A stretch of DNA of 13,627 bases from Planctomycetota bacterium (GTDB taxonomy: Bacteria; Planctomycetota; UBA8108; UBA1146), in the NCBI GenBank assembly GCA_036338595.1, contig JAYZBV010000050.1, forward strand, positions 1 through 13,627, read 5' to 3'. The notes under the pieces are model-generated. The model ran no database searches. It was not told the DNA's origin and worked only from the letters and a program-made list of their open reading frames with translations. Made by a program: the position numbers and the translations under genes. Positions 6,668 to 13,627 of this stretch are shown one piece after another. Numbering within the stretch: the stretch's first letter is position 1; every line of letters starts with the position of its first letter.

Positions 6668-7752
6668 CGATCCTCCCCACCTGAAACACTGACAATCGGC
6701 TCGGGGATCAATTCGCTGTCTGGTTGCGTCAGCGTCCGGATCTGACGGAGCACCGGAACCAGCTCGGCAAACTGCTCTGGCGACAGCGCCTGACGACCGT
6801 CGGAAAGCGCTGCCTCCGGTTGGTCGTGCACCTCGATCAGCACCCCATCCGCGCCGGCCGCGACCGCCGCTCTTGCCAGAGCACCGACCCGATACGCCTC
6901 TCCACTGCCATGGGATGGATCGACGAGAACTGGAAGGTGAGTCCGTTGCTGCAGTTCTGGAACCGCGCCCAGGTCAAGAACGACCTTACGACTCGCAGCA
7001 CCGCAGCGGATCCCGCGCTCACACAGGATCACATTGGGATTTCCGGCGCTGAGGATGTACTCCGCAGCCAGAAGAAGTTCATCGGTGGTCGAGGCAAAAC
7101 CTCGCTTCAGCAGCACGGGCACACTCGTCTGACCCAGCTCCTTGAGCAGTGAGTAGTTGTGCATGTTACGGCTTCCCACCTGGAGCATATCGGCGACGCC
7201 ACTGATCGATTCGACCTCTCGAGGATCGAGAACTTCCGTGACAATCCCGAGACCCGTCTGATCCCTGGCACTTTCGAGAATCGGTAATGCCAGTTCTCCC
7301 AGTCCCTGAAAGGCATACGGAGAGGTTCGGGGCTTGAAGGCACCGCCTCTGAACAGGTCTGCGCCGGCCGCAGCAACACTCGCTGCAATCCGCAGTGTTC
7401 GCTGCTCATCTTCGACAGCGCAGGGGCCAGCGATGATGCAGAATGATCCTCCTCCGATCGGCGTAGAACCGACCTGAATCGGCTGAACAGACCTGGATAC
7501 ATCGATGGCCCAGTGTGTCGACTGGTCGCCGACCACCACTACTTTTTCAACTCCTGGCCAGCTATCGACTGCCAGCGTTCCGATGGCTGCGATCTCTCCT
7601 CGAAGTTCAAAATAATAGCGGCTGGTAGCCTCGATCTGAGAAATGATGGCGCCATGAGATTCAAGCCGTTGGCGGATCTTTCGCCTCAGCGGAGCCTCGA
7701 GCCCCGAACGGAGTACAACGATCATTTCTGGATCAGCATCAGTGGATTCCAT
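6664..7752 (-). CDS. aroF: 3-deoxy-7-phosphoheptulonate (DAHP) synthase, type I-beta, with N-terminal ACT/ferredoxin-like regulatory domain
   Basis: IAGPCAVE, RGGAFKPRTSPYAFQGLG (KPRTS), LKRG, CERGIR, DPSHG and IEVH..PE.ALSDG.Q. Start placed at ATG 7752 (GAGGAG upstream); ATG 7725 (MIVVLR) is an alternative, and 7851 looks over-extended. Confidence 0.92.
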   Translation of the reverse strand: MESTDADPEMIVVLRSGLEAPLRRKIRQRLESHGAIISQIEATSRYYFELRGEIAAIGTLAVDSWPGVEKVVVVGDQSTHWAIDVSRSVQPIQVGSTPIGGGSFCIIAGPCAVEDEQRTLRIAASVAAAGADLFRGGAFKPRTSPYAFQGLGELALPILESARDQTGLGIVTEVLDPREVESISGVADMLQVGSRNMHNYSLLKELGQTSVPVLLKRGFASTTDELLLAAEYILSAGNPNVILCERGIRCGAASRKVVLDLGAVPELQQRTHLPVLVDPSHGSGEAYRVGALARAAVAAGADGVLIEVHDQPEAALSDGRQALSPEQFAELVPVLRQIRTLTQPDSELIPEPIVSVSGGEDR

Positions 7753-7857
7753 CGGCTCCTCACAACTTGTCAGCTGGCAGCAAGAGACTGAAGCGGTCGA
7801 ATCAATGCCAGGGTATAGAAGTACCATGCAGGACCCCGGCCCGGAAGCCAACCGGAG

Positions 7858-9642
7858 TCATTTGCGATCAAAGCGACGACCCAGTTCTTGCCACGAGATG
7901 AACAGTTCCGAGGGCCTTCCGTGAGGACAGTTCCAGGGCTGAAAAGCCTGGTCACGTCCCCGGATGAGGTCCTCCTGCGCTTCCGGTGAGAGTGGATCTC
8001 CCGCCTTCACTGCTGCCTTGCACGCCATCGTCTGCAGCAACCGTTCGCGAAGATCGGGAGCCGCAGCGCCGCTACTTCGGATCGGTTCGAAGCGAACCAG
8101 CACCTCTCGCAAGAGTTCCGGAGGATTGCGAGATTCGAAGCCCTGGGGAACCGCTCTGACCAGTGCCACGCCGTCACCGAACTCCTCCGCCTCGAGGCCC
8201 AGTTCGGCGAGCGCGGATCTGTACTCGACGAATAACGACCACTGCAGGGGGTCGAGTGGCACCGGTTCCGGGACCAGCAACCCCTGGCACAGTGTTCCCT
8301 TCTCTCTGGCGGCAAGGATCTTCTCGTAGAGGATTTTCTCGTGAAGGGCATGCTGATCGATGACGCGGAGACCATCCTCTTCCTCGAGAATCAGAAATGA
8401 ATTTCGGACCTGAAATACCCGCACCGACCCGGAAACGAGGGTTGGATCTCCTGTCAGGGGTTCCTGGTGGCCATATGTTGATCCTGGATCGATCACCCTG
8501 TCGAACACCCTGTCGAACACGGCGCCTGGCTCCGCTCCGGAAGCGTCACGCGGAAGCGATGCCACCACTGGCGCTTCGTCGCTGCCAGGAAAAGAACCCG
8601 GATCAGGCGGGATCACATCTTCCAGTACCAGTTCCGGAACCGAACCTGCAGCCTCGAGGGTCTTCCTGATCGCACGACGAATCCGTCGGTGCACGTCCTC
8701 TCGATCCCGGAAGCGCACCTCCAATTTCGATGGATGGACATTCACGTCGACGAGATCGGGATCGACCTCGATCCCGATCACTGCCATCGGATATTGACCC
8801 GGGATCTGGAAACCCTTGAATCCCTCGCGAACTGCGTGCTGCATCACCTTGTCACGGACCGGACGACCATTGAGAAAGGTCCAGATCCCATCGGAGTTGC
8901 GGCGCTGCAGATCCGGTCTGGCGATCCAGCCTGTCACCCCTTCCTCGTCGTGAACCTCGATCATCCGAGCAGAGACTTCGGACCCGAGCACCTCTGCAAT
9001 GCGCTCGTGCAGTGATTGATCGGCAGGGAATCTCAGCACGGTTCTGCCATCATGGGTGAGCGAGAATCCGACGGTCGGATGGGCCAATGCGGCTCCCTTG
9101 AGAGACGAAGAGCAGCGAGCCACCTCAGCAGAACTGGCCTTGAGGAAGCGTCGACGAGCCGGAACTGCAGAGAACAGATCCTTCACCGACACCCTTGTAC
9201 CGTGCCTCATCGCCATCGGTGAGAGTGCTTCCAGCGATCCCTCACTGCCGCGAATCCTGTGAGCCATTTCATCGCCAGCAGTTCGAGAGGACAGTTCGAC
9301 CGTCGACACAGAAGCGATGCTCGCCAGCGCTTCTCCCCGGAATCCGAGCGTGAGAATCCTGTGAAGATCCGATGCATCTTTCAACTTCGAGGTGGCATGG
9401 CTTTCCAGCGCCATCGGCAACTGATCGGGCTCGATCCCCTGGCCGTCATCCGTGACCTGGATCAGACGCTTCCCACCATCTTCGAGTTCGACATCGATCT
9501 GAGAGGAGCCCGCGTCGAGGGAGTTTTCGAGCAGTTCCTTCACCACGGAAGAGGGTCTTTCGATGACCTCCCCCGCAGCGATCTGGTCAACCAGCAGCGC
9601 TGGCAACTTGATGATCTGATTGGCTGGCTGAGGCATTCCCAT
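7858..9642 (-). CDS. mutL: DNA mismatch repair endonuclease MutL
   Basis: QIAAGEVIERPSSVVKELLENSLDAG, HATSK, TLGFRGEALASI, DVNVHPSKLEVRF. C-terminal DQHALHEKILYE, ACK and CPHGRP endonuclease motifs, plus a QGLLVP clamp-binding-like motif. Confidence 0.98.
   Translation of the reverse strand: MGMPQPANQIIKLPALLVDQIAAGEVIERPSSVVKELLENSLDAGSSQIDVELEDGGKRLIQVTDDGQGIEPDQLPMALESHATSKLKDASDLHRILTLGFRGEALASIASVSTVELSSRTAGDEMAHRIRGSEGSLEALSPMAMRHGTRVSVKDLFSAVPARRRFLKASSAEVARCSSSLKGAALAHPTVGFSLTHDGRTVLRFPADQSLHERIAEVLGSEVSARMIEVHDEEGVTGWIARPDLQRRNSDGIWTFLNGRPVRDKVMQHAVREGFKGFQIPGQYPMAVIGIEVDPDLVDVNVHPSKLEVRFRDREDVHRRIRRAIRKTLEAAGSVPELVLEDVIPPDPGSFPGSDEAPVVASLPRDASGAEPGAVFDRVFDRVIDPGSTYGHQEPLTGDPTLVSGSVRVFQVRNSFLILEEEDGLRVIDQHALHEKILYEKILAAREKGTLCQGLLVPEPVPLDPLQWSLFVEYRSALAELGLEAEEFGDGVALVRAVPQGFESRNPPELLREVLVRFEPIRSSGAAAPDLRERLLQTMACKAAVKAGDPLSPEAQEDLIRGRDQAFQPWNCPHGRPSELFISWQELGRRFDRK
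8494..8520. repeat. Perfect 12-bp tandem repeat (CACCCTGTCGAA x2.25) in the mutL linker
   Basis: caccctgtcgaa-caccctgtcgaa-cac read directly; it encodes VFDRVFDRV on the minus strand. Confidence 0.85.
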
Positions 9643-9646
9643 CCCG

Positions 9647-10513
9647 TCAGTCCTGTAACTTGTACTGCTCTATCCTGAGCGCCCCCTCGAGCGTGTTCTC
9701 GAGCAGTTTCGCCACCGTCATCGGTCCGACGCCACCGGGCACCGGCGTGATGTATCCGGCTCTCTCACTGGCGGCCTCGAATTCCACATCACCGACGATC
9801 GACCCATCATCGAGCCTGTTGATCCCGACATCAATCACCGCCGCACCCGGCTTGATCCAATCTCCGCGGATCATCTCTGCTCTTCCGACTGCAGCAACGA
9901 CCACATCTGCGCGGCCGACATGGCCTGCGAGATCCTGCGTCTTTGAATGGCAGATCGTCACCGTAGCACCCTCCGCAAGCAGCAGTTGCGCCACCGGCTT
10001 GCCAACGATGTTGGATCTCCCCACCACCACGGCGTCTGCGCCTTGCAGTTTGACTCCGGAAGAACGCAGCAGGTCGATACATCCGAGAGGCGTGCAGGGA
10101 ACAAATCCCGGCTGTCCGACAGCCAGTTGACCGACATTGACCGGATGAAAGCCATCGGCGTCCTTGGAAGGTGAGATCCGGAGCAACAGAGGTTGCGCAT
10201 CCAGGTGCCCCGGCAAGGGCAATTGGAGGAGTATTCCGTGAACCTCTGGATCTTGATTGAGTTGATCGATGAGCTCCTCGAGATGCTGCTGCGTCACATC
10301 TTCGGGCAGCTGGTGGTGAAAGGACCGGATCCCCGTCTTCTTGCAGGCCCGTTCCTTGTTGCGGACATAAACCGCGCTGGCAGGATCATTCCCGACCAGG
10401 ATGACACCGAGTCCCGGAGGTCGCCCAGCACGCTCCTCGAAGGCACTGACCCGAACCTTGAGGTCCTTTCGAAGTTGCTTTGCGCGCGCCTTGCCATCGA
10501 TGATCTGTGCCAT
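9647..10513 (-). CDS. folD: Bifunctional methylenetetrahydrofolate dehydrogenase/cyclohydrolase FolD
   Basis: [48 protein letters not shown] and [11 protein letters not shown]. Start is ATG 10513 or GTG 10516 after GGGAGG. Confidence 0.98.
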   Translation of the reverse strand: MAQIIDGKARAKQLRKDLKVRVSAFEERAGRPPGLGVILVGNDPASAVYVRNKERACKKTGIRSFHHQLPEDVTQQHLEELIDQLNQDPEVHGILLQLPLPGHLDAQPLLLRISPSKDADGFHPVNVGQLAVGQPGFVPCTPLGCIDLLRSSGVKLQGADAVVVGRSNIVGKPVAQLLLAEGATVTICHSKTQDLAGHVGRADVVVAAVGRAEMIRGDWIKPGAAVIDVGINRLDDGSIVGDVEFEAASERAGYITPVPGGVGPMTVAKLLENTLEGALRIEQYKLQD

Positions 10514-10550
10514 CACTCGATATCCTCCCGGTTGGTCAATTCAGCGAGTT

Positions 10551-11048
10551 TCATCCACGGGTCCAGTGTCCGCTACCGCCACCCGATTTCTCGAGCAATC
10601 GCACACCTGTGATTTCCATGCCACGGTCGACCGCCTTGCACATGTCATAGATGGTGATCAGCCCGACAACCACGGCAGACATCGCCTCCATCTCGACGCC
10701 GGTTCTCGCCATCACGCGGGTCGATACCGACATCCGTATCGATGCCACTCCATCGTCCTCGCCATCTTCAATCTCCACCAGCACATTGTCGAGGGGCAGG
10801 GGATGACAGAGTGGGACCATCTGGGAAGTGAGCTTGGCGCCCTGGATTGCAGCGACCCTGGCAACTGCTAGCACATCCCCCTTCTCCACCTCTCCATCGA
10901 GGATCAGGCGTAGAGTTTGTGGCTTCATCCGGATGTAGCCTTCTGCGGTGGCTCTTCGGTCGGTCACGGGCTTGTCTCCCACATCGACCATCCGGGCCTT
11001 CCCTTCCGAGTCGGTGTGTGAGAGATGAAGGTCTCCTTCGGGGGGCAT
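10551..11048 (-). CDS. moaC: Cyclic pyranopterin monophosphate synthase MoaC
   Basis: [44 protein letters not shown] and EKSGG.SG. ATG 11048 has AGGAG 7 nt upstream. Confidence 0.97.
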   Translation of the reverse strand: MPPEGDLHLSHTDSEGKARMVDVGDKPVTDRRATAEGYIRMKPQTLRLILDGEVEKGDVLAVARVAAIQGAKLTSQMVPLCHPLPLDNVLVEIEDGEDDGVASIRMSVSTRVMARTGVEMEAMSAVVVGLITIYDMCKAVDRGMEITGVRLLEKSGGGSGHWTRG

Positions 11049-11058
11049 TCCGGAACTC

Positions 11059-12090
11059 CTACAGTTTTCTTTGAACCACAAATTCGGCCAGTTTTTCGAG
11101 AGAATCTCGAGCCTGGCTCCTGGATGCCGCTCCGTGCAGCACTTCGATCGCCTCCCTTGTCAGATCTTCGGCACGCTCGAGCACCTGTTTCAGGATCTGA
11201 TGCTGGTCGAGCATCCCTTGCAACTGCCGATGAGATTCCGAACCGAATTCAAACTCATCTGCGGTGGCCAACATCGAGAGCAGCGCTGCTTTTTCCTGCT
11301 GCTCCAGACCGTCGCGTAGCAAGATCAGCGGCAAGGTCAGTTTCTGATTGGCCAGATCCGTACCCAGTGATTTCCCGACCTGGGCGGGATCGCCGATCAC
11401 ATCGAGAGCATCATCAGCGATCTGGAAGGCTGTTCCCAGCAAGTTGCCATATCTTTCCATCGCATCTGCCTGCGTTGCTGTGGCTCCTGAAAGCATCGCT
11501 CCCAACCTGCAGGAGAGACCGTACAGGATCGCAGTCTTCCGATGGATGATCTGGAAGTACTCCTGTTCAGTCAGATTCAGATTGCCTGCGTTACCTACCT
11601 GCATCATCTCGCCGATGCAGATGTCTCGTGTGCAATCTGCAAGCAAACGGGCAGCCCCGGTCACCTCGGTAGAGATCACGAAGCCACGCGCATAGATGAT
11701 GTCACCGAGCAGGATCGCTGCGCGATCTCCATAGCGCTGGTGAATCGTCTCGACCCTGCGACGGATCTGGGCCTGATCCAGTAAGTCGTCATGAACAAGT
11801 GTTGCCGTATGGATCAACTCCACAACTGCACCGCACCGGATGTGATCTGATCCAGTGTTTCCAAAACAGCGTGCAGAGAGAAACAAACAGGCAGGTCGAA
11901 CCTGCTTGCCTCGAAAACTAGAGAGGTGCTCCAGCAGTTCATGCACGAATGGCTCGCTCGATGCAAATTCATCATGAAGGAACTCACGGAGTGCACTCAG
12001 ATCATCGTCAATCGGTTCGTAGAGACTCGCAAGCCACTCGGATCGCTCGATGGGACTCTCTTCGACGGCTCCACCGCTACCGGAGGTCAC
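11059..12090 (-). CDS. Long-chain trans-polyprenyl diphosphate synthase (IspB/HepT-like)
   Basis: GKQVRP, first Asp-rich motif [12 protein letters not shown] with small Ala at the chain-length position, RKTA, second motif [17 protein letters not shown]. The GTG start overlaps the ald stop. Confidence 0.93.
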   Translation of the reverse strand: MTSGSGGAVEESPIERSEWLASLYEPIDDDLSALREFLHDEFASSEPFVHELLEHLSSFRGKQVRPACLFLSARCFGNTGSDHIRCGAVVELIHTATLVHDDLLDQAQIRRRVETIHQRYGDRAAILLGDIIYARGFVISTEVTGAARLLADCTRDICIGEMMQVGNAGNLNLTEQEYFQIIHRKTAILYGLSCRLGAMLSGATATQADAMERYGNLLGTAFQIADDALDVIGDPAQVGKSLGTDLANQKLTLPLILLRDGLEQQEKAALLSMLATADEFEFGSESHRQLQGMLDQHQILKQVLERAEDLTREAIEVLHGAASRSQARDSLEKLAEFVVQRKL

Positions 12091-13229
12091 CGTACCGATC
12101 CTCCGATAGCAGGAAGATCATCGATGGGATGCAACGGAAGCTGGAATGCCATGCTCACACCACGGTGGAACACCTTTCCACCACACACATTGAGCCCCTG
12201 TGCCCTCATCGGATTGCGCCTCACGAATTCCTTCAGGCCACCCGATGCCAACTTGAGCAGATATGGCTGCGTCGCGTTGGTGAGCGCAAATGTCGAGGTT
12301 CTCGATACGGCACCTGGCATGTTCGCAACGCAGTAATGGACCACCCCGTCGACGATATAGGTCGGGTCAGCGTGGGTTGTCGGTCTACAGGTCTCCACAC
12401 AACCACCCTGATCCACGGCGACATCCACGATCACCGAACCGTTCGGCATCTCCTTGAGCCATTCACGAGGCACCAGCACCGGTGCGCGATCGCCCGCCAC
12501 CAGTACCGCTCCGATGACCAGATCTGCCTGCTGAACAGCCTCTCGGATGCTGAAGTGCGTCGAGAAACAGGTATTCACATTGGCCGGCATCGTCTCATCG
12601 AGATAGCGCAGTCGATCGAGATCGATGTCGAAGATCTTGACCCTTGCACCGAGTCCAGCCGCCATGCGAGCAGCGTTTGCTCCCACCACTCCACCACCGA
12701 GAACCACAACCCGGCCAGGCTCGACACCCGGTACGCCCGGAAGAAGCACACCTCTGCCACCGTTTTGGCATTGCAGATTTCTGGCGCCGGCCAGTACCGA
12801 CATTCTCCCGGCCACCTCACTCATCGGAGTCAACAGCGGAAGCGTACCGTTGGGCCCCTCGATCGTCTCGTAAGCGACCGCTGCAACCCCGGAGTCCAGA
12901 CAAGCATCGGTCAACTCCTTCGATGCGGCAAAGTGGAAAAAGGTGAAGACGGTGAGGTCGGGGCGAAGGAACTGATACTCGGTGGGCAAGGGCTCCTTGA
13001 CCTTGACGACGATCTCGGACTCATCCCAGACCTGCTGGGCACTGTCGACGATCGTGCAGCCAGAGGCGGCGTATTCATCGTCGGAGATGCCACTCCCGAT
13101 GCCGGCCCCCTGCTCGATCAGTACCGTATGCCCTGCCTGACTCAGCAGGAAAGCACCGGAAGGGACGAGCGAGACTCGCTGCTCCTGCTGCTTGATCTCC
13201 TTCGGAACTCCGATGGTGCGGGCTGTCAT
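12087..13229 (-). CDS. ald: Alanine dehydrogenase
   Basis: IGVPKEIK..E.RV, VKVKEP, AYETI, PLLTPMSEVAGRMS, GGGVVG, DVAVDQGGC.ET, HYCVANMPGAV.RTST.AL.NAT. RBS AAGGAG at 13239-13244. Confidence 0.98.
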   Translation of the reverse strand: MTARTIGVPKEIKQQEQRVSLVPSGAFLLSQAGHTVLIEQGAGIGSGISDDEYAASGCTIVDSAQQVWDESEIVVKVKEPLPTEYQFLRPDLTVFTFFHFAASKELTDACLDSGVAAVAYETIEGPNGTLPLLTPMSEVAGRMSVLAGARNLQCQNGGRGVLLPGVPGVEPGRVVVLGGGVVGANAARMAAGLGARVKIFDIDLDRLRYLDETMPANVNTCFSTHFSIREAVQQADLVIGAVLVAGDRAPVLVPREWLKEMPNGSVIVDVAVDQGGCVETCRPTTHADPTYIVDGVVHYCVANMPGAVSRTSTFALTNATQPYLLKLASGGLKEFVRRNPMRAQGLNVCGGKVFHRGVSMAFQLPLHPIDDLPAIGGSVR

Positions 13230-13410
13230 GTGGTGTCTCTCCTTCTCGAAACCCTGATTCCCCGATCTCCCACGCTGGCGTATCGATCCGGCCGCCTTAC
13301 GGTCTCTCGCCCCCGATGATCCTGCCCAGAGGACGGGGTCGCTACCTCATTACCCCCCGGTATCGGGGATCAGCGGAGCGCCAGAGCAGCCAGTTCGAAT
13401 CCAACCCCAG
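13230..13410 (-). promoter_or_regulatory. Long (about 180 nt) structured 5' leader of ald, no recognised family
   Basis: Lies between the predicted promoter and the ald ATG. It contains a 12-bp stem with one bulge (13362-13373 with 13254-13266) and competing shorter pairings. Confidence 0.4.
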
Positions 13411-13416
13411 TCCCGG

Positions 13417-13445
13417 ATTCTACTTCTGACAAAATACCCTGACAA
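13417..13445 (-). promoter_or_regulatory. Sigma70-type promoter for ald and probably the downstream genes: TTGTCA-N17-TAGAAT
   Basis: On the minus strand, TTGTCA (13445-13440), the 17-nt spacer gggtattttgtcagaag and TAGAAT (13422-13417). The -10 matches consensus at 5/6, the -35 at 5/6, with optimal spacing in an AT-richer patch. Confidence 0.7.
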
Positions 13446-13627
13446 GCGATGCAGGCCGGTCCAGACCCATCGTCTTCAATAATGGCACCTGGCAAGCCCC
13501 ACGGACCCTCAGCGGGGGTCATCGCTGGCAGCAGGCAAACAGGTTGATTCCCTGCTGCTCGTAGAGGATCTCAGTGCAATCCCTGGCGAAAGAAGACGCT
13601 CGGAAGAGCCGATTCATGTCGCCCTCA

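Noticed and set aside
7753..7851. N-terminal extension of the DAHP synthase to 7851; likewise moaC to 11081 and efp to 2380
   Set aside because: The extensions lack family similarity, while downstream ATGs have Shine-Dalgarno sequences and match family N-termini.
7753..7857. Internal promoter or terminator between mutL and aroF
   Set aside because: Only weak hexamer matches and short GC pairings with no U-tract; not supportable by eye.
3500..10871. Many 60-190 aa alternative-frame or antisense ORFs (e.g. 3500-3973, 5411-5992, 9660-10130, 10401-10871)
   Set aside because: All overlap well-supported genes and show no recognisable motifs.
11949..13319. 456-aa + strand ORF
   Set aside because: Antisense shadow of ald with His/Arg-rich, non-protein-like composition; such shadows are common opposite GC-rich genes.
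13290..13375. Partial resemblance of the ald leader to glycine (GAGAGACC), c-di-AMP (GCUGA.UCC..GGUA..GAGG) and yybP (GUAGC..GAGACC) riboswitches
   Set aside because: In each case the other conserved half (CCGAAG/CUCAGG; ACCCGNCAGCUAAC; GGGGAGUA/CGUCA) is missing, so no family was assigned.
13388..13406. tRNA T-loop-like GTTCGAATCC (reads GGATTCGAAC, tmRNA-like, on the minus strand)
   Set aside because: The flanks GCCAG and CCAAC do not form a T-stem, there is no acceptor or anticodon arm, and the space is too short for tmRNA with no matching 3' end.
13449..13547. Short + strand ORF from ATG 13449 and a possible AATAAT -10 at 13478-13483
   Set aside because: About 32 codons with no SD or recognisable motif, and no -35 or TG extension for the hexamer.

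Overview
GC-rich bacterial chromosomal window, densely coding, with no mobile element, CRISPR array or RNA gene that I can support. On the + strand, three overlapping genes: the 3' end of a probable mutY, a stand-alone amidinotransferase-superfamily enzyme with ArgZ/AgrE arginine-dihydrolase-like motifs, and an Fe-S-less UDG-superfamily glycosylase. They converge on ten co-directional - strand genes: ald, long-chain polyprenyl synthase, moaC, folD, mutL, type I-beta DAHP synthase, a YmfF-like/YmfH-like M16 peptidase pair, a DAACS (GltP/GltPh-like) symporter and efp. A near-consensus sigma70 promoter and a roughly 180-nt structured leader precede ald. The most notable observations are (1) the ymfF/ymfH-like pair one gene upstream of an EF-P whose tip loop is LSKG rather than PGKG, (2) a PDZ-like insert of about 100 aa in the first extracytoplasmic loop of the symporter, (3) the unassigned structured ald leader, and (4) a guanidino-group hydrolase placed between two DNA glycosylase genes. 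All family calls come from motif recognition by eye; no database searches were run.
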